A stretch of 63,976 nt of DNA, the filler included, from Octopus bimaculoides (taxonomy: Eukaryota), in the NCBI RefSeq assembly GCF_001194135.2. It is 8 parts of 8 records of this genome, joined end to end, with 100 filler letters (N's around TTAATTAATTAA, not from the genome) between each part and the next. Parts side by side here need not be neighbours in the genome. Positions count along the whole stretch, not along the records: positions 23,298 to 41,200 come from NC_068986.1; 7 more parts are not named here. One strand, 5' to 3'. The notes under the pieces are model-generated. The model worked only from the letters and a program-made list of their open reading frames with translations. It had not been told where the DNA came from and did not search any database. The position numbers were made by a program, and so were the translations under genes. Positions 26,132 through 38,034 of the stretch are shown piece by piece. The stretch's first letter is position 1, and each line of letters begins with the position of its first letter.

Positions 26132-27210
26132 CCAGGTTGAGACAGATGTTTTTTCGTGTTTCAACCTTTATTTAATAATTCAAACAAATTACGAAGATCG
26201 TTTATTCATCAAAATTTATCCAATCATATTCCATTGTCTGTTGCCATCGTTGTGCCAGAAGCTCAATTTCACGCTTATACCATTTGCCTGGTTCAGAAGC
26301 AAAAGAACTCAATGCGCCGGTTTGCAACCTTACCCACTTTGTCGAGCCTCCGGCTGTGGAGGAAATGAGCCGTGGCCCAGAAAAAGTAGAAATCTGATGG
26401 TACAAGGTCTGGATTATAGTCAAGGTAAGGCAGCGCTTCTATCTCTTCAAGTTCCTCAAGTTTGCGCTGGGTGACATTGATGGTCTGTGTGTGTGTGGGG
26501 GGTGGGCATTGTCATGTAGGAATGCACGTATTTGATTGACCATTGACGAGTAGCTTTCATTTCAAAGCATCATATACTCGCTGCAGTTGTTGAGCATAAA
26601 GGTTAGCGCTCAGAACGTGAACATCCGGGACAAGTTCAACGTGCAACACCCCCTCGAAATTCCACCAAAACACATAACATGACCTTCTGTTCAAACTGCC
26701 CTTGTTTGACAACAGGTTCAGAAACCTGGCCGGAACTAAGCTGTTGATTTTTCTTATCAGGATAATGAAAATAAATGAAATTTCCATCCCCCTGCTAGAA
26801 TTCGACGCCAATGATGGGTATCTCAAGGATTTGCCAGCAGTTGTTTGTAAATGTTCACACGTCGTTGATCCTGGTCATGAAGGACTTCTCAACAACATCT
26901 ATTCACAACGTTGAGCTTTTGGAGGTGTCTATTGATAGTACTTTGTGAAGGACCAACTTCTGTCGACCATGTACGAGTGCTCTTGCTTGGCTCAACCATT
27001 TCAAACAAGGTCACATCTTCTACGTCAGAAGGTCTCCCTCACCTTGGATTGCCTTCGAGGCTCGTGTCACTTTCCTTGAAACGTCTGAACTAGTTTCATG
27101 CTACACATTTGTTAGCAGTTCCTGGGCCTTCTACTTCATTTATTTCTTTTGCCTCTGCCATCAATCCTTCCTTTTCCACATGTAGCGTAAAATGATTCTA
27201 ATTGTAATTA
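26132..27210 (-). pseudogene. Mariner transposon remnant with decayed transposase
   Basis: FKESDTSLEGNPR.GRPSDVED; FWWNFEGVLHVELVP...LYAQQLQRVYDALK; HDNAHP; WYKREIELLAQRWQQTMEYDWINFDE. A TA-CCAGGTTGAG terminus lies at 26130-26141. Confidence 0.8.
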
Positions 27211-27294
27211 TTCCACCACTCATTATCAAAGCTTTAAAGTAAAGAATAACCAATAAATGTTTATATGTTACATATGAAAACAAAGTATCTGTGT

Positions 27295-27704
27295 GTGTTG
27301 TGGTAAGTAGCTTGCTTACAAACCACATGGTTCCGGGTTCAGTCCCACCACGTGGCACCTTGGGCAAGTATCTTCTAATATAGCCTCGGGCCGACCAAAG
27401 TCTTGTGAGTGGATTTGGTAGACGGAAACTGAAAGAAGCCCGTCGTATATATGTATATCCTTATGTGTGTGTGTGTGTGTGTGTATTTTTATGTGTCTGT
27501 GTTTGCCCCCCCCCAAACATCGCTTGACAACCGATGCTGGTGTGTTTACGTCCCCGTAACTTAGCGGTTCGGCATAAGAGACCGATAGAATAAGTACTAG
27601 GCTTACAAAGAATAATTCCTGGGGTCGATTTGCTCGACTAAAGGCGGTGCTCCAGCATGGCCACAGTCAAATGACTGAAACAAGTAAAAGAGTAAAAGAA
27701 TAAA
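27295..27704 (+). mobile_element. Family A SINE (CORE-like), near full-length, young
   Basis: GTGGTAAGTAGCTTGCTT...GGGTTCAGTCCCAC B-box, CGTGGCACCTTGGGCAAGTATCTT resembling the CORE domain, and a GTAAAAGA repeat tail. Confidence 0.92.
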
Positions 27705-28056
27705 GAGAGAATAAGAAGTATGGAGAAAAGGAAGAAAAATGAAAGATGAATGAACAGGGTTTAAATATCGAGATAGGAAACTCTGTGTGTTAAGGCAATG
27801 CATATGTTTTAGTACAGAAACTTAGCTTCATAGTAGAGAAGCCTGAACTGTTGGAATTTTACGTACGGCTGATTCAGAAGGACAGAAATGTCATTCCAAG
27901 ACCATTGATAATGGCAAAAACGTACATGCACGTACACCTATGAATGTCCTTAGACACGTTCATACACATACCTTCACATACATACGCTCATACACACACA
28001 CACACACACACATACACACACACGCACACACATAAAACGCGCGCGTGCACACTAAC

Positions 28057-28101
<45 letters not shown>

Positions 28102-29128
28102 AGATCTCATAAATTATTTATATCAAAACAGTAATTCCATAAATAGTAGAAGTTCATCGTTTGGTTTAAGGGATCAAATCAATGTATACCATCATTTGCG
28201 TATATATACACACATACATATTCATAAGCATATATACACAGATGATATTCACACCTACATACATACATACATACATACATACATCCAACGATTCATACTC
28301 TAACTCATTAGCAATCCTAATAGTTAGGATATACTGGTTAAGGTTGCATGCTATGTAAATGAAAACGACGGGCTAAAAGTGAGGGATCAGATATAATCAA
28401 TAAAATAAAGTACGAGAAACATAAAGCTAGAAGTAAAGTAAGGATGCAGAGCTGTAGAATGTGACGATAAAGGAGAGATATGCTTGATGAAGGGGAGTTC
28501 CTTTCAGGTGGATAACATGACACCGATATACGTTATCGATGTAACGGCCGTATAGCTTAGGATGGGAATTTGGGCTTTAAAGCCGCCAGCAGAGAAGTTG
28601 GCGTAATTAGGATCTAAGACGATGCTTATGCTACTTTGGCCAACTCTTGTCAGAAATCACAAAAGATGACACAATTTAGAGTGAAGACGATTTCAGTGAA
28701 TTGGAGAAGCGTTGAAAAGTTGGGTTCAGATACATTGCAGAGTCAAAGAAGAATTAGAGGTTGAGAGTCCGTCGTTGGGAGTTACGATGTACGAAGATTT
28801 TGCGTGCATAATGAAAAAGAAGTCGGAAGGACCGAGAGGGGCAGAATTGTAGTTGAAGAGGTGGAAGGCACAATTGCTTGTCCTTCATATCGATGGAAGA
28901 GTTGTGACCAAGGGTCGTATATAAATTAATCGGTATGACTAGAGGTTCGGTAGGATATCTCCAAGGCGAGGCGATGTGACGGCCAGAAAAAAATTAAGGA
29001 GAGACGATGTGACGGCCAGAAAAGACAAAGCATGCATAATGGTTAAAGAAAAATATTACATAGAAAGAGACAAACAGGGAAACAAATATATAGAGAAATA
29101 TTCGCAGATGGACAGTACTTTTTTTTTC

Positions 29129-29534
29129 CTTTTGCTTCAGACATTAAACTACGGCCATTCTGGAGCACTGCCTAGACGTGCTTAGTCGAACAAATCGACC
29201 CCAGTACATTTTGTTTTTCTTTTTTCTTTTTTTCTTCTTTTTTTTCAAATCTGGTACTCATTCTATCGGTCTTTTTGCCAAACTGCCTGGCTACGTGGAT
29301 GTAAACAAAACAAGGTTATCAAGCGGTAGTGGGAGACCAAACACAAAGACACCGCATGACAACCGGTGTTGGTTTGTTTAGATCCACATTCCGTCTGCCA
29401 AAATCCATTCACGAGGCTTCGTCGACCTGGGGCTATTGTAGAAGATACTTGCCCATGGTTTCACGCACTGTGGCTAAACCCACAACCAGGTGGCTGGAAA
29501 GCAAACTTCTTACCACACCGCCACGACAGCGCCT
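29129..29534 (-). mobile_element. Family A SINE, diverged, with internal deletion
   Basis: Reverse complement of the head (GCGCCT at 29529) and tail. Confidence 0.8.
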
Positions 29535-29743
29535 AAACGTTTTTTCTTTTTTTTTTTTTCTTTTTTGGTTTTTGCTTTTTGCTGTTCTTATAGTCTAAAA
29601 GGCAAAATGTCAGACTGTGGCAGGCAGTCAGTCGGAGAAGATGGCAGACATACTGACAGTGAAACACTCTTGATACTTACGTTTGCATCGTTGAATCTTG
29701 TCTACGACACCATTATCTGATGACTCTGTAGCTTCCTGTTTTG

Positions 29744-29744
29744 A

Positions 29745-29808
<64 letters not shown>
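29744..29808. repeat. (GAAA)n microsatellite
   Basis: Direct reading of the sequence. Confidence 0.95.
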
Positions 29809-29994
29809 AATAGGGTTGGGAGAAGAGGAGGATAAGAAAGGAAGAAAGAGAATATCTGGAAACCCTTGCTGCCAAACAGCATTAACTGTTGGTTATTTAG
29901 CTTATTATTGTAGATGAGATGACCACCCACGTCTTATATGTCAGCTTGTTTTGATTGGTTAGCTGGTTATCAGCTTGTTTTGATTGGATAGCCT

Positions 29995-30330
29995 GGCTCT
30001 CCGTCGGTGACGACGACGAGTGCTCCAGTTGTTCCTATAAATGGAACAGCCTGCTCAGGAAATATCCTGAGCAGGCTGTTCCGTGCAAGTGACTGCGCCC
30101 TCCACAAACATGCGTACCTTTAATGTAGTTCTCAGGGAAATTCAGCGTGACATAGAATGTGACAACGCTGGCTTTCTTGAATTACAGGTACAATTAATTT
30201 TCGCCAGGTGGTTGGATTGGAATGACATGAAAGAAAGTGTCTTGCTCAAGGACACAACGCTCCTCCGGGAATCGAACTCATGACCTCATGATCGTGAGTA
30301 AAATGCCCTAACCACTAAGCCGCGCGCCTT
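29995..30330 (-). mobile_element. SINE with family D-type head/CORE segment and family C body
   Basis: Minus strand GGCGCGCGGCTTAGTGGTTAG...GAGTTCGATTCCCGG..GTTGTGTCCTTGAGCAAGACAC, then GTCACGCTGAATTTCCCTGAGAACTAC as in family C. Confidence 0.8.
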
Positions 30331-31046
30331 AGTTGGTTAGTTGGTTGTTAATGACTGGAGAAGCTGGCTTGTTGGCTGGCTGACTGGTTGGTTGACTGGT
30401 TGGCTGGTTGGTTGGTTGGTTGGTTGGTTGGCTGGACGGATAGATGCGTGGGTGCGTGCGTGCATGCGTGGCTTGCTGACCGGCTGACCGGCTGGCTGGC
30501 TGGTTTAACATGTTAATAACATTGGCATCGAGCTGGTACACAGAGCACAGAAAAAGGGAGAAAGTAGATTGGTGGCCGATAAGATAGCGGAAGTTTGTTG
30601 CGTGGGCGATGTCTTTGATCCAGTTGATGAAATGGGGCTCATAGAAATTGGATATAAAAGAGAAAGGAGGAGAAAGAAAGAATGAAAGCAGAAGGAGAAG
30701 GAAGAAGAAGAAGAAGAGGAATAAGAATAGCAGAGGGTTTAACGTGGAATTGAAAGAGAGAAAGAGTGAACCAGGAGCAAGGCGTTGTTATTGTTTAAAC
30801 CAGTGGTTCATAACCATTTTTTACCTATGGATCCCTTTGATTCCTATTTTGCTCAGGGGATGGGACCCTCATAACCATTCAAAGTCTTAAACCTCCTGTT
30901 ATATTCTTATGATTCATAGGCGCATGAATGGCGCATCATCATCATCATCATCATCATCATTACCATATCATTGTCATCGTTATTATCAGTCATCCTCGCA
31001 GCAGTGTTGGTGACTGCTGCTGTCGTGGCTGCTGCTGCTACTGCTG

Positions 31047-31106
<60 letters not shown>

Positions 31107-31329
31107 AGAGGGTGAGGCATAAGTAATGAGAAAAGGTGGGACGGTTGTATCACGTGTGCCCGAAGGAGTACGAATCTTGTTTCTTCAATTGAAAGAGACG
31201 TAATTGTTGTTGATATAGTTCTTGTTGCTGTTCCTCCTGTCTAATTTCACTGCCCTACCTGAGCGAACATGTAATCAAAAGCTTTCTAGTGATTATCCAG
31301 GGGGGGGGGGTGTTTCTTTTTGCAAAAGA

Positions 31330-32093
31330 ATATTTGGCTGCTATTTCTAGCAGCGCAAAAGACTGCACTTCTACTGCCTCACAAGAAAAAATGCATAAGT
31401 GAAAACATTCCAACTATCGGCATCTCGTCCTTCTTCGAATCGTAGAATATCATGGACCTCGTTGTATAATTGTTCCGTTCTCGTTGCAGGAAAGTTGAGC
31501 GTAAGTTGAGAGAAATTTGGCTGCTATTTCTAGCAGATTTTGTAACCTCATAGGGGTCTCTTAGTCGTTGTTTCTCTGCCCTCACAAGAGAGCTTAAAAT
31601 TAATATCAATACTCTTAGTACAGACTACGGCAATTGACGAAAGTTTACTACGACTTTTTCTAAAATCTCACCTCGCTGTTCAACAGTGTTTGACAACGCT
31701 CCTTTCACTTTCACTTTCGTCATTGCACCACACACACACACACACACACACACATACAAACACACAGAACAGACGTAAAGGATGTCGAATGTAAAAAAAG
31801 TCGTCCTTTTCCCGCTCGTGGAAAATCATGGACCACGTCGTCCAATGCTTCATTTCCTTTGCAGAACACTTTTACGCGTAAGTTGAGAGAAATTTGGCAG
31901 CTATTTCCAGCAGATTTTGTAGCTTCATATTAGAGGCTCCTTTATCGTCGTTCACCTCACCACGTGGCACTTTCGTCGGCGCTCTTAACGACAACGTACA
32001 GCGTTTGAAAGGAGGTTTACATTTTTTCGGACATCTCACCCCGCTGTCCTAGTGTTTCACGTTTCTCCTTTCACTTCAAAATCCTTCTCCCAA

Positions 32094-32138
<45 letters not shown>

Positions 32139-32862
32139 AACATTCATGAACGCAAACACACTCATGCATACAAACATGCACACACACACACACACACACA
32201 TATACACATTCGTGAACACACCCACACACATTCACGCACTCACAGAAGAATACACGTAAAAGAATGTTGACTTTAACAAGAGAAAACAGAAAACCTGCTG
32301 CTATTTCTAGCTGTTTTTCTTATCTCGTAGTNNNNNNNNNNNNNNNNNNNNNNNNNNNNNNNNNNNNNNNNNNNNNNNNNNNNNNNNNNNNNNNNNNNNN
32401 NNNNNNNNNNNNNNNNNNNNNNNNNNNNNNNNNNNNNNNNNNNNNNNNNNNNNNNNNNNNNNNNNNNNNNNNNNNNNNNNNNNNNNNNNNNNNNNNNNNN
32501 NNNNNNNNNNNNNNNNNNNNNNNNNNNNNNNNNNNNNNNNNNNNNNNNNNNNNNNNNNNNNNNNNNNNNNNNNNNNNNNNNNNNNNNNNNNNNNNNNNNN
32601 NNNNNNNNNNNNNNNNNNNNNNNNNNNNNNNAACAAATGAAAACGGCCATCCTGCTGCTATTTCTAGCAATGTTTCTAACCTCGTAGTAGAGGCTTCTTC
32701 GTCGTGGTTCACCACACTACGTGAGTGTTCAAATCGGCACTTTCTCGACAATCTACGGCACTTGACGGAGATTTACGACGTTTTTTTTTTCGGAGATCTC
32801 ACCCCGTTTGTTCTACAATGTTTCACATTGCTTTCTTTCAACTTCACTTCCTTCTCCCAACG

Positions 32863-32899
<37 letters not shown>

Positions 32900-32925
32900 G
32901 GCAAAGAATGTTGACTATAACAAGT
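31330..32925. repeat. Diverged tandem array of ~350-400-bp units with a conserved GCTGCTATTTCTAGC core, units ending in (CA)n
   Basis: Core near 31337, 31526, 31897, 32296 and 32653; shared TCTCACC.CG and TTTCACTTC segments. Confidence 0.75.
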
Positions 32926-33461
32926 GAAAACAAACAACTTAAGACAAATGCGTTAACGGTGCTCAGAATTCATTCTGGTGTCTCTTAGACAAATGACTTC
33001 AGCTTACTTTTATGGCTCAACAAGATTACAGTATAAAAATATTTACAATCCAGTCATTCCACAAAAATACAGGGGTATCGAATTGACACGGTGGGTGGGT
33101 AAGGAATTCCTGACTTCCGTTTAACATCCATTTTCTTTTGGACTTATTGTTCCTGACTGCCTGTTTCATGTTTCTTTCTTCTTCCTTTTTCGCTCTTTTT
33201 TTTTTTCTGTACCTGTCTCTCTCAATCACGCACGCACAGACAGACACACCTTCCACCAACTTCTTCATTCTAACCCTCATCTCCCACGATCTGGCTGTTT
33301 CCTTTTCGTCTTGTTCTATTGGAATGTCTCTCATCAGAACCAAAATTCCAGGCCGGCACTCGTCTTACCATAGATAGCATATTTCGTATTCTTCTGCGGT
33401 CTAGAGATAATAGCCGAGTAACCCTTCACCACAATCATCGTGTATAGATGTCTACATAAAT

Positions 33462-33496
<35 letters not shown>

Positions 33497-33701
33497 ATAC
33501 ATGCATGTATGTATGTATGTATGTATGTATGTATGTATGTATGTATGTACACCTATATATGTATGAATGTATGTACACCTATATATGTATGAATGTATGT
33601 ACTTATATATATATATGTATATACAAATGCATGTATGTATGTATGTACACTTTATATGTATGTATTGAATGTATGTATGAATGAATGTATGTATGAATGT
33701 A

Positions 33702-33740
<39 letters not shown>

Positions 33741-34176
33741 TATGTATGAATGCGTGTATGTATGTACATATGTATATACGTGTGTGTGTGTGTGTGCACG
33801 CGTGTGTGTGTGCACGCGTGTGTGTGTGTATTTGTGTACCTATACGTGTATATGTGTGCATGCGTATTGTGCTTAAAATGGCGGTAGAGATGAATGCGTG
33901 AGTAGATTACGAGGCGATAAGATGTCATGTATAACCGCTTCAACACTTCATCTAACCAACGTCGACCGCACTGATATTTCAATGGTATGTGATAACATAT
34001 TTACATCATCACCCATCTCAGGGTGGGACAGTTGCTAACGTAGGTCTAATTCGTTGTGGATTGGAGAAACAAGACACCATTGGTATTCTCTGTGTGTATG
34101 TATGTAAGTGGGCTTGTGTGTGTTGCATATGTATAAATATACATGTACACACACATACATACTTGGAAATACACAC

Positions 34177-34219
<43 letters not shown>

Positions 34220-34312
34220 GAGAGAGAGATAAAGGGAGAAAGAGATAGAAAGTAAATGTTTTGTATGTTTGTGAATGTAAGTATAGTAGTTAGTACACAT
34301 GCACCCACACAT

Positions 34313-34352
<40 letters not shown>

Positions 34353-34355
34353 ATA

Positions 34356-34505
34356 TGTGTGGTGAGTAGCTTGCTTGCCAACCACATGGCCTCCGGGTTC
34401 AGTCCCACTGCGTGGCACCTTGAGCAAGTGTCTTCTACTATAGCCTCGGGCCGACCAAATCCTTTGTGAGTGGATTTGGTTGACGGAAACTGAAAGAAGC
34501 CCGTC
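34356..34505 (+). mobile_element. Family A SINE, 5' half
   Basis: Near-identical to 27295-27445. Confidence 0.88.
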
Positions 34506-34581
34506 ATATATACATATATGTTCATATCGCACCAGGAGAGAAGACGAAGAGACAAAATAAACTAGCAAGAATTACTGGATA

Positions 34582-34639
34582 ATTCCAGAACCCGGATTTC
34601 CGGCTCTGCATAAGAAATGCTTTCCCTCATCAGTGGAAT
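34582..34639 (-). ncRNA. Type I hammerhead-ribozyme-like motif (left arm)
   Basis: ATTCCA-CTGATGA-GG..CC-G-GAAA-TCCGGGT-TC-TGGAAT: perfect 6-bp stem I, extra G before GAAA. Confidence 0.5.
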
Positions 34640-35036
34640 ACAAATATATATATATACAACATACAATATACTTACATATACGAACGTATACATACATATA
34701 TATGCACGTATGCACATGACTAGTTTAAATTTCCCGCCTAAAAACTCCTCGTGCGATATGGTCAGAATATCACCGCAATAAATATAATGACGAAGTAAAT
34801 ATATAAATTTATATCAATGAGGAATAAGATCAATATCGATTTTATCAAGTGGCCAGCATGGGAATAAAAGCCATCAAAGGTAATAATTATTTAAAATTAT
34901 AATTTAGGGTATCTAAGAGACACCACCACGCTGAAGATGGCAGTCAAAACTTGACTCTAAAACTCTACGTTCGTATATGTAAGTATATCATATGTTGTAT
35001 ATATATATATTTGTATTTATGTGCTTTTCTGTGTAT

Positions 35037-35094
35037 ATTCCACTGATGAGGCAAAGCATTTCTTTTGCAGAGCCAGAAATCCGGGATCTGAAAT
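35037..35094 (+). ncRNA. Type I hammerhead-ribozyme-like motif (right arm)
   Basis: ATTCCA-CTGATGA-GGC..GCC-A-GAAA-TCCGGGA-TC-TGAAAT. Stem III is the near-palindrome ATCC-G-GGAT; predicted cut after C35088; extra A before GAAA. Confidence 0.55.
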
Positions 35095-35158
35095 TATCCA
35101 GTAATTTTTGCTAGTTTATTTTGTCTCTTCGTCTTCTCTCCTGGTGCTATATGAACAT

Positions 35159-35707
35159 TTATTGTGGTTTTAGAGTCAAGTTTTGACTGATATTCAAAAC
35201 TACAGTCGCACACAGCAGCCATTGCAACCACAGACTTGTGTGCAGGAGCGTTGTCCTGGGAAGCAGGATCCCAGTAGCTATCTGAGTAACATTTAAACGT
35301 CTGTCATCCATCACCATGTGGTGAAAACGTCGATGCTTTCTTGGGTGGTGGCCTGTGGCAGAACGTCCGGACCTTGGATCATTTTCAAGACTCTCCTTAC
35401 CCCTCTTGAATTCAGCTGCCCACTTTTGCACAGTTGATAAAGTTGGAATATTGTCCCCTAATGTAGCAACCATGTCAGCATGAATATCCTTGAGGGGTAA
35501 CCCTCTTTTCTGCAGATATTTGATAACGCCACAATGCCAAATTTTATCCATTTTTACGAAATGTCTCTAGTACCACTTTTCCAAGTCCTCAATTCTGTAT
35601 CCATTGTGGAAAGGAAAGGAAACAGGTTGAATTTAATATATGCCAAGTTTAATTACAGCATGATAACTCCTTAGTCAGCCTATGAACTTTTCAGCCCACC
35701 TTCGTAT
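35159..35707 (-). mobile_element. Internally deleted mariner (irritans/Hsmar2-like) element
   Basis: MDKIWHCGVIKYLQKRG...TVQKWAAEFKRGKESLENDPRSGR...MVMDDRRL joins directly to QDNAPAHKSVVAMAA. Terminus TACGAAGGTGGGCTGAAAAGTTCATA. Confidence 0.85.
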
Positions 35708-35982
35708 ATGTATGTATGCGCGGTGTATATATAACACGCACACACATATGAAAGAGAGTTAGGGGAGGCTTTGTGCCAATCAAAAATGATTAACATTCAT
35801 CCCAAATGATATGAGATATGAGATGTCATATCCCAAGGATCTTCACAGCAAATGCTTAACTGTATTCACTTTCGACCGTTTGTAATTTCAGCTCAAATAC
35901 TACTAAGGATGCACGAAGCGTCGAATTTTTCACACATTATTTGTACCATTCAAACACTGTATCGATTCACTCATTATCTACA

Positions 35983-36066
35983 CCTTTTGTAACCTTCGTC
36001 CTGTCTTTGTCCTTACATGTTTTTAATTGATATTAGCCCTTGTGACCAATAAAACGAATTAATTAT
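35983..36066 (+). mobile_element. LINE-type 3' end fragment
   Basis: CCTTCGTCCTGTCTTTGTCCTTA...GATATTAGCCCTTGTGACCAATAAAACGAATTAATTAT; the same sequence lies inverted at 40900-40985. Confidence 0.6.
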
Positions 36067-36501
36067 CTACACGGTACAAGAAACACTGACTAAAAACACC
36101 ATCAGTCGGGAGGTTATTTTGGGGGGATTTTTTTTTTTTTAATGTTCTGTCATCCTAGTTTACGACATTGGTAGGCAGCATCAGGTGACGGAACTACTAG
36201 AAAAATGTTTAAATAAATGAAAGAAAACTCAAGAGACACCCTACTGATCCATCATCCTTTTGAAACATTGTCATAGAGATTGACACCTCTACAACTTGCC
36301 CATTCACCCATATCAAAATGGATTTTAATTGGCTTAACCTTTTGTACGCTAATCTTTTAAAGCGCGGTATACAGGCATTCTTCAGACCAGACTCCATAGA
36401 AGGCAAAATTCTTACCGTTCTTGAAGTAAATCCATGCTGAAATGTCACATTTTTCTTTTCCTCTTTTCTTTTTGCACGTGTTTATATTATAGTTTAACAT
36501 T

Positions 36502-36567
<66 letters not shown>

Positions 36568-37089
36568 CGAGTGAGTGAGAGAGAGAGAGAGAGAATCGAA
36601 ACAAAGAGGCAAAGGAAGAGATTCAGAGAGTGAAAAGGGAGAAAGAGAGAGAATAAAAATGAAAAAAACTATTTGAATGTGTGTATATATACATATATAT
36701 ATATACACACACACATTGAAATAGTCTTTTTCATTTTTATATATATATATACACACACATTCAAATATATATATATAAAACATATCAATGACACGATTAT
36801 TTTTTTATCCGATATTTTTGTGTATAAAATGTAAGTAGGTCGTAAACAGACTGGATTAAAGAGAAAAGAATTACCAAATCCAGACCAGGTGAGAATGAAG
36901 CCTATATTCTCTGGATAAATACCTTTATAAATACACCGACATCATGTTGCTGTTTGACTGTGTTATTTTAATGCTAATGAAGTCTTTGTAACTTTTAAGC
37001 ACACGTGGTCTTTATCGTTTTGTTATTGAAGCCATGTTTATCCGAATGGGCTATTTTACAGAATAATGATTTAGTATACCTTCAGGATA

Positions 37090-37195
37090 TGTGGTAGCGC
37101 ATGGATTAGTGGTTAGTGTGCTGGACTTATGATCGTAAGCTTATGGTATTGATTCCTGGACCGAACGATGCGTTGTGCTCTTTAGCAAAACAGAG
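37090..37195 (+). mobile_element. SINE tRNA-like head (family D-type), truncated
   Basis: GCGCATGGATTAGTGGTTAGTGTGCTGGAC...GATTCCTGGACCG..CGTTGTGCTCTTTAGCAAAAC. Confidence 0.6.
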
Positions 37196-37218
37196 GAATA
37201 TACATATATATATATATA

Positions 37219-37498
37219 CTCTTTTACTTGTTTCAGTCATTTGACTGTGGCCATGCTGGAGCACCGCCTTTAGTCGAGCAAATCGACCCCGGGAATTATT
37301 CTTTGTAAGCCTAGTACTTATTCTATCGGTCGTTTTTGCCGAACCGCTAGGTGACGGGGACATAAACACACCAGCATCGGTTGTCAAGCAATGCTAGGGG
37401 GACAAACACAGACACACAAACACACACACATATACATACATATATATACATATATACGACGGGCTTCTTTCAGTTTCCGTCTACCAAATCCACTCACA
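37219..37498 (-). mobile_element. Family A SINE, young; 5' end runs into a gap
   Basis: Near-identical reverse complement of 27410-27695. Confidence 0.92.
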
Positions 37499-37976
37499 NN
37501 NNNNNNNNNNNNNNNNNNNNNNNNNNNNNNNNNNNNNNNNNNNNNNNNNNNNNNNNNNNNNNNNNNNNNNNNNNNNNNNNNNNNNNNNNNNNNNNNNNNN
37601 NNNNNNNNNNNNNNNNNNNNNNNNNNNNNNNNNNNNNNNNNNNNNNNNNNNNNNNNNNNNNNNNNNNNNNNNNNNNNNNNNNNNNNNNNNNNNNNNNNNN
37701 NNNNNNNNNNNNNNNNNNNNNNNNNNNNNNNNNNNNNNNNNNNNNNNNNNNNNNNNNNNNNNNNNNNNNNNNNNNNNNNNNNNNNNNNNNNNNNNNNNNN
37801 NNNNNNNNNNNNNNNNNNNNNNNNNNNNNNNNNNNNNNNNNNNNNNNNNNNNNNNNNNNNNNNNNNNNNNNNNNNNNNNNNNNNNNNNNNNNNNNNNNNN
37901 NNNNNNNNNNNNNNNNNNNNNNNNNNNNNNNNNNNNNNNNNNNNNNNNNNNNNNNNNNNNNNNNNNNNNNNNNNNN

Positions 37977-38034
<58 letters not shown>

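Larger units (their letters stand above)
34518..35158. mobile_element. Fold-back element with ~170-bp inverted arms, each containing a hammerhead-like motif
   Basis: 34518-34688 is the reverse complement of 34966-35158, with few mismatches and one ~20-nt indel. Confidence 0.8.

Noticed and set aside
28380-29030. GC-richer segment suspected to be a retroelement remnant
   Set aside because: No convincing motif in any frame; left unannotated.
29719-29750. CTGATGA...GAAA
   Set aside because: No stem II or III; the GAAA is the start of a (GAAA)n microsatellite.
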